DNA from: a virus
DNA length: 64,000 nucleotides
IMG/VR virus record: IMGVR_UViG_3300046318_000520
Span: 32,001-96,000 of that record
Reading direction: 5' to 3' (one strand)
This document shows, in pieces, positions 13,001 to 21,442 of this stretch; position 1 is the stretch's first letter; every line of letters starts with the position of its first letter. The position numbers and the translations under genes were made by a program. The notes under the pieces were generated by a model. The model had not been told where the DNA came from. It saw only the letters and a program-made list of their open reading frames with translations, and searched no databases.

Positions 13001-16000
13001 ACAAGCTGCTGGCCTATGCAAAAATGGAGTTTAAGAAAAGCCTTCTTCCTGGTCAGACTGTTGTATCTAAGATGGCTGAGATGCGTCAGCTGCATAAAGT
13101 ATATGCAGAGATGACAGATGTAGAGTTAGAAGAAAGAATGTATGAAGAATATATGGCCGATCAGTTTGATACATGGAAGATAAACCAGGATTCTAAAAAG
13201 GTTATTCCAGGTATTCGTGGCTTTTTTATGAAGCTCTGGGACATGATTACTTCTTTATTTAAGGGTGGCAAGAATCAATTAGAATCACTCTTTAAAGAAA
13301 TTGAACGTGGTAAGTACAGAAACGCCAAGATAGCGGACAATCGTTTTACCAAAGCTGACGCTCTTAGTGTTAGTGAGCCTGTGCTCAAAGCAATACAGGT
13401 GGGTACAATAGATGTACAGGATGAGAATGGTCAGTTTATTACTATACCTAAGTACCTGTCTCAGCAGGACGGGGATCAGATGGCAAGTACAGTAGCTTCT
13501 TTGTATCATAGCAGGGTTTTGAATAACACAAACAGCGGCTATAATAAGAAAGAAGTTTTAAATAATATATATGCAGATTTCCAGGAGCTCTATGACATCA
13601 ATGGAGCCAATCGTGAGTTTTATCTTAATGAAGCAGATGCTCTTTTTGAAACTGATCCTAACCTGGCAAAAGAATATCTTAACAGACTTGAACAAAGACA
13701 TACTATATTCTTAGAAAAAGACAATCGTCAGACTCTTTCTGAGTCAGTAGATATCCATCTTCGTGTAATGGGATACCAGCAGGAACTGGAAGATGATGAA
13801 TATATATCCATGGAAGACGAGTTTGGTTCCAGGGTTACTACTGAAAACTGGAAAGAAGCACATTCTATTGGTGGCTTTGGAAGCTTGAGTAAGTTTTTAC
13901 GTCAGTATATAGCATCTACTACTTTTATTCTGGACCGTGATGAGTTTGGAAATACCCAAATGGTTAACGGAGAACCATTGATCCAGGCTGTTAATGCCAA
14001 CCTTGTTTACAGCGGTATTTTAAAAGCCGTTGCTAACATTACAGATCAGAAAAAATTTGTCAACAGGCTTCTTGAATTAAAAAGTGCTGATACAGAAACC
14101 AGTAAGTTTCTAAATAAATTCTTTGATGAAGTTGGTCTGGAAATAGATCCTGATACAGGAGAGTTTGCAGTTACAAATTCAAAGCAGGCTACTTTATTTC
14201 AGATGGTTCTTAAAGGTTTTCAGCAGTATACAGTGGATTACATCTTTATAAACAAGGATGTACGTAAGTCTAAGAAGGTGTCAAGGCTTATGATTGCCAA
14301 CCGTATGGGAGCTGTTAAAGCACAGTTTACACAGTGGCAGAATGCGTATGTACATGTTTTTGAAGAACCTGTATTAAGACTTCGTTCTATTGAGGAGAGA
14401 AAAGAATTTGCTAAAGAAAAAACAGGGGCCCTGCAAGACTTGTTAACAAATCTTAATCCTACTGGATACATTTCTGATGAAGAACTGGCACTTGATTCTG
14501 AGATGTTAAGCAATCAGCTTAAGACAGATTTAGGTATTTCTTTATCTCCTTTGTATATTAAGTACGCCATAGCAGCATCTAAGAATGCTGATATAAAAAC
14601 TGAGGCTCAAAGAAAACTTAGTGAAAGCTATAGTGACGTTGTTGGTATTGATCCGGATGCTATAAAACAATTGATCAAGTCTGTACAGGCTCTGGAAAAT
14701 CCTTTTGCTAAAAACATTGAACCATCAAACCAGGATTTGGATGTTCCCGGACAAGATGATGACCAACAGGAAAAAGAGGCTATTGACAGCCTGGGAGAAG
14801 GAGGAGCTATAAAACGTGTTAGTGAGCTGGCTGCCGGTAATGCCGTCTTTGATGAGACAGTAAGCACTACTTCCTATAAAAATGCAGAAGGTGAACTTGT
14901 GTATGCGCATCAGCTTCCTACATATCATTTGGTTAAAGTAAATGAGTTCAACAATGATACTGAGCTGACTAACATGCAAGTATCTGACGAATTTATGCAG
15001 GGTAATATGTTGCTGGATTCTGCCAAGTTCCGTTCTATGAGCGGTGACTTTGTTGTAGAAAGAATTGAAGGAATGAAAAGCTCTATTCTTTCTGAAGATG
15101 AAGATGGTAATTTAAGAGAGGATAAAACAATTCAGAGTAACCAAAATGAGGGGATCACTTATGGATCATTCTCTGACCGTGAGTTCATTGTTTCTTTGTT
15201 GGATCTGTATGCTTATAATAAAACATATAAGAATACAGCAGGTACATTTAGAACAACACAGCATCTTATAAGAGTTATTGAAGCCTCTAATACAGGAGAT
15301 ACTATTTCACTGCCTGCAATTTCTGCTGTTACTTCTGATCAAAACGGCAAAGTAACATTAAGTCAGGAAGCGTTGACTATCCTGATGCAGGAAGTTGCCC
15401 GTGAGTTTGAACGTATCAAGCGTGTACGCAGAGAACTTGCCACTGGTGTATATGAGAATGGAGAAATTGAGGGATATCATTACGCTGTAGATGGGGATGG
15501 CCGCAGGACTAATAAAAAGGTTCCAAGGGGTCTGAAGTTTTACAAGACGGCTAATATGCTTGGAAGCCTTGCTTTGGAACTGGAAGAGTCATCCAGGAGC
15601 GGATCATTTGATTTAAGCTCCCGTGCAGCAGAAATCAATGCCCAATTTAAAAGATACTGGGAAGCCAGGATGGAAGAATTTGTAGACAAGCTTGATAACA
15701 TTGGTGTAGTAAGTACTGTAAAAAGTGAAGACCCTGAAGAAAACGGTAGGCTTATTAACAACCTGGTTGATGATTTTATTGAAATTGGTTTTACTGTTAA
15801 AGATGACGGTAAAGAAATACTGGATGAAAAAAGGAATCAAGATCTGAATATTATCCCAGGTAATATGAAACACAACCTGGGTCAGATCATGATGAATGAT
15901 TATCTAAACACAATGGCTGTAAATCAGCTTTTGTATGGAGATGAAGCCCGTGCCTTTAAAGATGAGATTGATCAGGTCAAGCGTGCAAAAGGAGCTAACG

Positions 16001-19000
16001 GTTCTGGTCAGTCTTTGGAGTCCTTGGTAACTAATGAAGAATTGGGTATTACAGAATCCTTCACTGAAAGTTATATATTAACTTTTACAGATCCTAAATA
16101 TAACGCCCGTTTTGCAGGTGGACTTAAAGATAAAGCAGATGCTCAGTCTTACCAGAGTGTGAAGTCAATGAGGTATACACTTCATGGACTTGGAAAACTT
16201 ACTCCGTATGCTGCCAAGATCCTTGATAAACTTGAGCGTGGTGACAAGCTTACCAAAGAAGAGGTATTTGGTCCTAGTGGTCTCAAAGCCATGGAAGCTA
16301 TGTTTAACTCTGAAAAGCTTGTTTACTTTGATGGTCCTCAGTATATCAAGACTTCTACAGTAATGCTTACAAAGGAATTGACTTCTGTATTGGTGAATGG
16401 TAAATGGCTTGCACGTCCTGGATATGAAGATCTGCACGACTTACGTGAGCGTCTTGAAAAGTTTGAAAAAGACAATAACACAGTAACTTTTGCTGCTCCT
16501 AAAAGTGCCAGCAAGGGACTTAAGAGAAATGTTTTTGATCATAATGAAGGGTTTCGTAATGCAAAAGATGATAACTTTTCCCGCCAAGAAACCAAATACT
16601 GGAGACTACAGTTGGTAAATCCTTCTAATAAAGTTATGATAACAGATCCTACGCAGGCAAAACAAATCATTATTGCAGAACAGAATGATGATACCTCTGT
16701 AGAATTTATGGGTGTTAACACCACTATTGGTGAACTTAAAAAAGCTTATTTAAACGATACAGCTCAGCGTGTCAACAATAACTATACAAGAACCAGAGAT
16801 GAAATATTTGACATAGAAGAAGGTTTCTCTGAACTTGGTAAAGCTATTCAGCAAGATAAAATATCTTCAAAGCTTGAAAAATTCCAGGCCAGGGCTATAG
16901 AAAATCTTAGGTCTACTGGGGCTGACAGCCAGCTTATTGAATTTTTCTCATTGGATCCGGAAACAGGAAAACCTAATTACAACCTGAACAATCCTGTCAC
17001 TCTGGAAAAATACACACAGCTGTTTCTGGCTTATTTTTCAAAAGGAGTACTTAGTGAAAAAATTCCTGGTCACTCTGTTGCTTTGATGTCTAACTACGGT
17101 ATAAAAGTAGTTAAAGTATTTACAGGTAAGTTTGACGAAAGCGGAGCACCTATTGGTCAGATTGTATCCAGGGATGAGGTTGAAAGAAACTACAACAAGT
17201 ACAAGAGCGTTAAAAAGTGGAACAACGATGTTGATCGTCAGTTTACAGGTCTTGTTGCCGGTGACATATACCTTGATGATTTAAGGCATAATGTACCAGA
17301 GTTTGATAGCAAGGGTAAAATCATAGGACGGTATACAGAGTTTATGATGCCTCCTCACTTCATGGAAGATATGGGTCTGAAACCAGGGGATAAAATACCT
17401 GACCATATAGCCAAAGCATTTGGAGTGCGTATTCCTTCACAGGATAAACATAGCTTTATTTCTCTTAAACTGGTAGATTTTCTACCTGCTTATTACGGAT
17501 CTACAGGTGTGTTCCCACATGAGCTGATTGAAATATCCGGAGCTGACTTTGACATTGATAAACTCTATATGCACATTGCAGATACGTATTCCAAAAATGG
17601 TAAGCGTATAGCATATGGTACAGAGAAATCCAAGACAGGCCGGTTTGAAGAATATGTACGCTGGAATGATAAAAACAATAAAGCATTTAGAGATACTTTA
17701 GATAAACTTAAAAAAGAGAATGTAAGATACCAGGAGCTTTTACAAAAGCAGGCTGCTATGAAACGTCTTGAAAAAGATATTGACAAAGCGTTTGATAATG
17801 TCCAGCAGAGTGATGGGTCAATTAAAGAAGGTTTTAACACGGCTATTTTGAGTGCAAGACTTGTAGATCAGGTTATAATGGGGCTTCTTGGTCAGGACCA
17901 AAATCTTGATGTAAAACAATATGACACTGAGTATGGTCTTATTGAGAGTGTCTACTTTATGAAAGATCTCAATGAGATGTTGAACAAGTTGGAAGAAAAA
18001 GACAAACGTGATTACTTGTTAGCAATGGGTTCTGACTTCTTCAATCAATTTGAAGACATCACAGCAAAGCTTGCAGATGTAGAAACAAGGCTTATTTCTG
18101 AGACACTTGCTGAATTAAAACTCCCCAGTTCTATTACTAAATATGCTGAGTCAGCTGAAGAATTGAACAACGGCGTGCTAAACAACCGTATCCTGGATCA
18201 AAAGATTGCAATGCTTAACAATGAGCATATGGTTAGCGGTGGAGAAAAGGCCATTGCTTATCAGGTAGCTTCTGTGGATGCATTAAAAAATCTTCTTGAT
18301 GAAAGCAAAGAAGGTAATTTGTTAGAGCTGCTCTCTATAGGTGTGGATGAAAATGGTAAAAAAATATATCCGGAAGGGCTTGCTGAGATCTTGTTGGAGG
18401 GTGGGGTAGATACTGACTCTATGCTTGGTAAGTATAAGGCATTTAAAAACAATAAGGAGGGTAGTCGTCTTATCGGTCCTGCTGTAAATTCAATGCTTAC
18501 ATATGCAGTGTTTAATAACTTTGGTATTTCATTACGTGATACAGCTATTGATCCAATAACCGGTGAGACTATTCAAATGTTCAAGTTTAAACTGAATGGA
18601 CATGTGTTCACAGGGTATAATGAAACCCGTAGTGCAAGGTTTGATGCTGAAGGCAAGTTCCAGGGCTATGATGGAGAGCGTGTATTTAATACTATTTCCA
18701 CTATTGTATCAGCTATGACCGATAACGCCAAAGAACGTTTGGCTGCTCGTCTTGGTTTGAATATAGAAGCTATAGGATATGTATCCAACATGGTTGCACA
18801 GGGTGTACCTATACAGTCTGCTATTATGTTTATGCTTCAGCCTGTAGTGCGTGAGTACTTTGAGCTTACAAAGATTGCATCTAATAATATTAAGACTGGT
18901 GCAGAAAGTGAAATTTACAAATCACAAGTTGCTAAAGAACTCAGGAATAAATATCTTGAACTGGCAGGTGAGGACTTTGTAAAAGAAGATATCACTGATG

Positions 19001-21414
19001 AAATATTAGTTGAAAATATAAAAAACAAAGGTGCCAGTGCTAACTATCAAGCTTCTGTTCTGTTAGACTTTATAGGTATTATAGATCAAAGTAAATATTA
19101 TGCAGCTGTAGCTCAGGTGTTAAAACTTACTAAGGGTCTTGGTACAAGTTTTGAAGACTATGATGCTATCAATGACAAAATTGAGATGCTGGGTCTAAGA
19201 GTTAGTGACGATAAACAATTTGAAAAGTTTATTCCGCAAGGACAGACAACACCTCCGCCTTTTGATCTCAGACAGATTCTCATGGGCTATGATAATGATA
19301 AACCTTATCATACAATTATTCAGCGTTATATCAAAATTGCTGATCAGATCAGTGAGATCAGTAAAGGTATGTTCCTTGAAAGAACTGCTGTGTTTAAAAG
19401 GATTGAAAATATCATTAAAGATAACTTGACAGTAAGATCCAGCTTGAAACAAAAGTTTAATTCAGATCTGAAAAAAGATCTGCTGTCATATCTTTCTATT
19501 AAAGCATATCGTAAATACCTTGCTGAAAATGGAAGATCAGGAACTCTTTCCACTATGACCAATGCTTTGATTTATGATGAAGCAGCTGTAGCAAAGGGTG
19601 ACAAGTTTAGTGATATAGTAGACGTTTTACGTGTAATCAGGGAGAAAATGCCAAATAACTATTTGGCCTCTAACTTTTTAAACATGATAAAGACCACTGT
19701 GGTGGACGCATCAGGTAATGCATCTCTTAATCCTAAAAACCGTGATGGTATTAATAAGATTGAGTCTAATACCTGGGCAAAACTTAGTGAGTATCAGGTA
19801 GAAAAGCTCCGTGATTCCTTTATAGAGATTTACCAGTCTGACATGGACTTTGATGGACAGGGTGCTAATGGACGTGACATGGCTAATGCTTTGTTTAACT
19901 ACCTGCTTGTAAAAGATGGTGGTCAGTTTAGAAGTGGTTCATTTATCAGGTATGTTCCCAATTTTATGTTCAATGATCTGTTGATGTCCACTGGTTTGGC
20001 TAATGATGTTATGAAGCTTTCTGTAAAGGCTGATAACGTAGATCAGATGGACGAGGCGTATAAAAAAGTGTTTGGTATTACTGCTGTAGAACTGTTCAAC
20101 GAGTTTATGGAAAACTATACCACACATGTAGGAAACTCTTACTATGTTAAAAAGCTTAGCTTAAATAATGAAACTAAGTTTGATCCTACAGGAAACTCTG
20201 AAATAGATGGTTTTGAACCTCAGTCTGTGGTTCCCAGCAAGAAAGAAGGATTTATTATTAACATATTTAAAGGTGTAAGAAAAAAGGAGCAGGCTGTATC
20301 TGAAATTACCCTTGAGGAACAAGCAGGTATTACATGGATGAGTGATGAAGATTATTTAGAGTATGTGGATAGCTTGACTGATGAACAAAAAGAGTTAGTT
20401 AAAGAACAACAGGCTAAATCCAAAAAGTATAATGATGTAGAGAAAGGTAAGTTTGCTAAGAACATGCAGTCTCTCAGGGATAAAGGGTTTAGAACAAACA
20501 CCAAGAACGAGGTAGAGTTTCCTTACATTATCAGGGTACCCGCCGGTGAAATGTTTACTGCAGATAGTTATTACATTCTTAAGTCTGTAAGAAAAGCTGG
20601 TCAGAACAAGGATAAAAAAATAGATTCTAAAAAGCTGATTCAGAAAAATGAAACTATTGCAGCAGGTGTTTCTGCAGTGTATGAGCCAGTTGAAAGAAAA
20701 GGATCCAGAAAAACCTTTAAAGGAGCTGCTATGTTTGATGCAATTCCTGAAACAGCTAAGCTTCCACGTTACCGTAAAGCGGTTGATAACAATTCAAGTT
20801 ATTCTCCTTTTTACCAGACAATGAATGCAGATGCTGAAAAAGAAGAGCTCTGGATGCAGAATCATGGTTTTGCACCAAAAGATTCTACTAAGGCGGCACC
20901 TGTTTCTGCACCTGTAGATACAGGCTCAAGGTCTCCAAAGGATGTACTTTTACAAGACTATGGTATCCAAATGAAGTATGACAGTGTTTTAAAAATGTTT
21001 ACCTTTGTTGGAGATATTTTGAATGATATTCCAGATGATATAAAATCCTCAGTAGGAGGTAATCCAAAAACACTTCTTTCTATGCTTGGATACAAACCTA
21101 CAGCTCCTGCTCCTCAGGTTCAGCAAGCTTCTCCACTACCTGCAGGCGTTCCAAAAATCAGCAAAGAAGCTGGAAAAGGAATATCAGATATGAACATGCG
21201 TAATAGCTTAATGGCCGCCATGTTTGGTCAACCTGCAACGTCTACTCCGGAGTCTACTCCTGGTGCAGGATCTCCTTCTGCAGGAACTAAAGTTGATGAT
21301 GTTACATTGAGTGAAACAGCGGCTAAAGGTATCTCTGATATGGAGAAGTATAAACAGCTTATGAGAGCAATGAATGGTGAAAATCCACTCAATGATGAGT
21401 GTGCCCAGCCATAA
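7039..21414 (+). CDS. Giant virion-packaged RNA polymerase polyprotein (crAss-like, phi14:2 gp66-type) with zincin-like domain
   Basis: RIPSQ (17428) and ISGADFDIDKLY (DFDID at 17545-17559) double-psi-barrel RNAP motifs; HEAFH...EEYMAD zincin motif at 12949; Gly/Ala-rich hydrophobic N-terminal segments; 4791 aa. Confidence 0.9.
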   Translation: MAVPTGVIPEELMGAYSEDPFLSLPAQSELGMLDLIGNTGMSQGPAVQDAVQNGLDAFAKQPTSMETLSAPRFFDYEGAQTDRYKQSDNFRELGFDPFGGTENEYKYGARQTWGDVWSNGLSGMFKLAGNTYLEGWKGWGNLADAVYSDGNWFNADKLMGSSEELLAQDKATKDIMNKYAIFSTPESEEGLFNRKFFGDMLQQSGFAVGAIGQFLTEELITMGLSTEFSLAKLGIKAPAWAGKVVTKADIAADIVKLGNPVVQSTRLSEALVQGARSIVPFADMAYDINRYKKAGAGALQIASIGAGGVRRFLSEANMAMTEARMEAAGTYGELYNKLYDESLNATGQAPSGLELNNMEKTAKDAAFDNFMVNTGILMLSNRLQFDNLFSKFGVGRNVLGAAGEYADDVLKVTGKRAGQEAVENFTKTYAKGRFGTLGVLGGIAADFGKKRAAWEATKSFGKNLFKWEASEGIQELLQEGSNKGLQDYYYDLYHGNKGYDSKTDAMLSSIQNPLTDLEGAKTFLMGALTGRLLSPINFAMGSAKKYASTTAEQRAERTADLEKTVFTINAFYENPQLFLNEHIANVKVQDRAAKNMEEAVVNRDKYQFVNNKDGAFAKLMSAAMKTDMYKAVTDTIRGYGENFNDEDFKKAFGIDKTEENMSSVKDYFNKIADETDSFQKNWKALKEKYGDRVLLDLYKEGTPERKTALMAKRALDDALEILATNNYKATRSAERAVKLQTDMAAIPVLGSSAAAAFRNLAVVQNTAKETELIEQELKSLELVEKKDRATKELIKTKKEQLKSLKDWSENYEVLKGQGVKQKRKFKKAVKAFENYFRSKNMESGITQEVKLDQIDEIYTNLIDYIELNNDSKDYIDAYNIIANPIKFAQVHARLLDAMEVTGNKLNAEHLQEAANALNPQAPPAGNPQQPGGSPSTEAPDFMQYLKDAWDSQTVTGSTTLPFDEWLKSPVAKTFTELYNKKYNKTEKLGSTSNELAVLKNDLLNNTLTKEYLESFNERLSKILNLPIIKVQELYDQFQKALDPKQVEKDIAEMGFPENPTAEQVFQTVSKYLLPKFIDSLINAGSTEGGNIVGSDKANMEVIELPAMKIKLTKPALFEGEKLVDDGKNGVFIIETGLVADQAKRDELMKLMGAGSTAGAPVTAFIVVNSDRVDPVTLSSDLVRYQKKSEAYTVRDEAIKNRELQDKKSRSWYQFDGKEVRAGLVLTNKDGKSFVVATTGQPYFAKDDVDKKVPLIKITMLRNNSRTNTHSFISSLEGYNIKQKVEKLSTGEPVDTNTFRLFRTEELSRIFPNKAANESKEDAQKRLDTLLKNTDPKELLAGLSITVSENPGTRSSKNAGADSDKTPNSNLIQYGDKYQIQISYKGQTIGFLTNYDHLRFVTANGTPVPMSNLTLDQFRSIFDSQGKDPKEQMELFKRAYENSRKVYIALTKNIKPGQPVSFTPEQVAKILTVNIGAGEFDFVPKTEKGVTYDELPFKTINGYYYILDRSKRYGKGYTFSVTENAITNAKGDDRKQIEKEIKLIRQQRDATEQLGRYVAVIKLPNGKIRFVELNTEAMADTQLNDIITKLNERSEITKRDNLQEGLNEKKEVIQNRKKIDFNEELNSELAQQLFLSVPQANKGTYINFSITDTGNLELAFHKKVDNKDIRRSVVVMGKSGKDPINIKNIDDLISRINAAIERHDKSFAKREVDQIGITLKKENFKQSTPDTSYIDDVKGLRSNVSADISKNIPLTIKASSDLNIPEITPAPAGNAANKGQADSSGIDPAMRAAFFKEMGVEDTTKGQSPAPGQQPTETPLQALYAQLNSLKSEKELETIKRRDEKIAAGQRPSLAMLEANDESSAIYDKKIKEAQAKVNAEKNSNKGSALKVLDKPFFDQNSIVSIDRFRKYISRVLGDKVSVQEMDMIADNLKNNNITVGKFIAYMESVRKGSPVVKGRIEVGENTPFKYHEAFHAVFRLMLTDAQVDKLLAYAKMEFKKSLLPGQTVVSKMAEMRQLHKVYAEMTDVELEERMYEEYMADQFDTWKINQDSKKVIPGIRGFFMKLWDMITSLFKGGKNQLESLFKEIERGKYRNAKIADNRFTKADALSVSEPVLKAIQVGTIDVQDENGQFITIPKYLSQQDGDQMASTVASLYHSRVLNNTNSGYNKKEVLNNIYADFQELYDINGANREFYLNEADALFETDPNLAKEYLNRLEQRHTIFLEKDNRQTLSESVDIHLRVMGYQQELEDDEYISMEDEFGSRVTTENWKEAHSIGGFGSLSKFLRQYIASTTFILDRDEFGNTQMVNGEPLIQAVNANLVYSGILKAVANITDQKKFVNRLLELKSADTETSKFLNKFFDEVGLEIDPDTGEFAVTNSKQATLFQMVLKGFQQYTVDYIFINKDVRKSKKVSRLMIANRMGAVKAQFTQWQNAYVHVFEEPVLRLRSIEERKEFAKEKTGALQDLLTNLNPTGYISDEELALDSEMLSNQLKTDLGISLSPLYIKYAIAASKNADIKTEAQRKLSESYSDVVGIDPDAIKQLIKSVQALENPFAKNIEPSNQDLDVPGQDDDQQEKEAIDSLGEGGAIKRVSELAAGNAVFDETVSTTSYKNAEGELVYAHQLPTYHLVKVNEFNNDTELTNMQVSDEFMQGNMLLDSAKFRSMSGDFVVERIEGMKSSILSEDEDGNLREDKTIQSNQNEGITYGSFSDREFIVSLLDLYAYNKTYKNTAGTFRTTQHLIRVIEASNTGDTISLPAISAVTSDQNGKVTLSQEALTILMQEVAREFERIKRVRRELATGVYENGEIEGYHYAVDGDGRRTNKKVPRGLKFYKTANMLGSLALELEESSRSGSFDLSSRAAEINAQFKRYWEARMEEFVDKLDNIGVVSTVKSEDPEENGRLINNLVDDFIEIGFTVKDDGKEILDEKRNQDLNIIPGNMKHNLGQIMMNDYLNTMAVNQLLYGDEARAFKDEIDQVKRAKGANGSGQSLESLVTNEELGITESFTESYILTFTDPKYNARFAGGLKDKADAQSYQSVKSMRYTLHGLGKLTPYAAKILDKLERGDKLTKEEVFGPSGLKAMEAMFNSEKLVYFDGPQYIKTSTVMLTKELTSVLVNGKWLARPGYEDLHDLRERLEKFEKDNNTVTFAAPKSASKGLKRNVFDHNEGFRNAKDDNFSRQETKYWRLQLVNPSNKVMITDPTQAKQIIIAEQNDDTSVEFMGVNTTIGELKKAYLNDTAQRVNNNYTRTRDEIFDIEEGFSELGKAIQQDKISSKLEKFQARAIENLRSTGADSQLIEFFSLDPETGKPNYNLNNPVTLEKYTQLFLAYFSKGVLSEKIPGHSVALMSNYGIKVVKVFTGKFDESGAPIGQIVSRDEVERNYNKYKSVKKWNNDVDRQFTGLVAGDIYLDDLRHNVPEFDSKGKIIGRYTEFMMPPHFMEDMGLKPGDKIPDHIAKAFGVRIPSQDKHSFISLKLVDFLPAYYGSTGVFPHELIEISGADFDIDKLYMHIADTYSKNGKRIAYGTEKSKTGRFEEYVRWNDKNNKAFRDTLDKLKKENVRYQELLQKQAAMKRLEKDIDKAFDNVQQSDGSIKEGFNTAILSARLVDQVIMGLLGQDQNLDVKQYDTEYGLIESVYFMKDLNEMLNKLEEKDKRDYLLAMGSDFFNQFEDITAKLADVETRLISETLAELKLPSSITKYAESAEELNNGVLNNRILDQKIAMLNNEHMVSGGEKAIAYQVASVDALKNLLDESKEGNLLELLSIGVDENGKKIYPEGLAEILLEGGVDTDSMLGKYKAFKNNKEGSRLIGPAVNSMLTYAVFNNFGISLRDTAIDPITGETIQMFKFKLNGHVFTGYNETRSARFDAEGKFQGYDGERVFNTISTIVSAMTDNAKERLAARLGLNIEAIGYVSNMVAQGVPIQSAIMFMLQPVVREYFELTKIASNNIKTGAESEIYKSQVAKELRNKYLELAGEDFVKEDITDEILVENIKNKGASANYQASVLLDFIGIIDQSKYYAAVAQVLKLTKGLGTSFEDYDAINDKIEMLGLRVSDDKQFEKFIPQGQTTPPPFDLRQILMGYDNDKPYHTIIQRYIKIADQISEISKGMFLERTAVFKRIENIIKDNLTVRSSLKQKFNSDLKKDLLSYLSIKAYRKYLAENGRSGTLSTMTNALIYDEAAVAKGDKFSDIVDVLRVIREKMPNNYLASNFLNMIKTTVVDASGNASLNPKNRDGINKIESNTWAKLSEYQVEKLRDSFIEIYQSDMDFDGQGANGRDMANALFNYLLVKDGGQFRSGSFIRYVPNFMFNDLLMSTGLANDVMKLSVKADNVDQMDEAYKKVFGITAVELFNEFMENYTTHVGNSYYVKKLSLNNETKFDPTGNSEIDGFEPQSVVPSKKEGFIINIFKGVRKKEQAVSEITLEEQAGITWMSDEDYLEYVDSLTDEQKELVKEQQAKSKKYNDVEKGKFAKNMQSLRDKGFRTNTKNEVEFPYIIRVPAGEMFTADSYYILKSVRKAGQNKDKKIDSKKLIQKNETIAAGVSAVYEPVERKGSRKTFKGAAMFDAIPETAKLPRYRKAVDNNSSYSPFYQTMNADAEKEELWMQNHGFAPKDSTKAAPVSAPVDTGSRSPKDVLLQDYGIQMKYDSVLKMFTFVGDILNDIPDDIKSSVGGNPKTLLSMLGYKPTAPAPQVQQASPLPAGVPKISKEAGKGISDMNMRNSLMAAMFGQPATSTPESTPGAGSPSAGTKVDDVTLSETAAKGISDMEKYKQLMRAMNGENPLNDECAQP

Positions 21415-21442
21415 GATTTATTAATAACAAAACGTACCCTAT

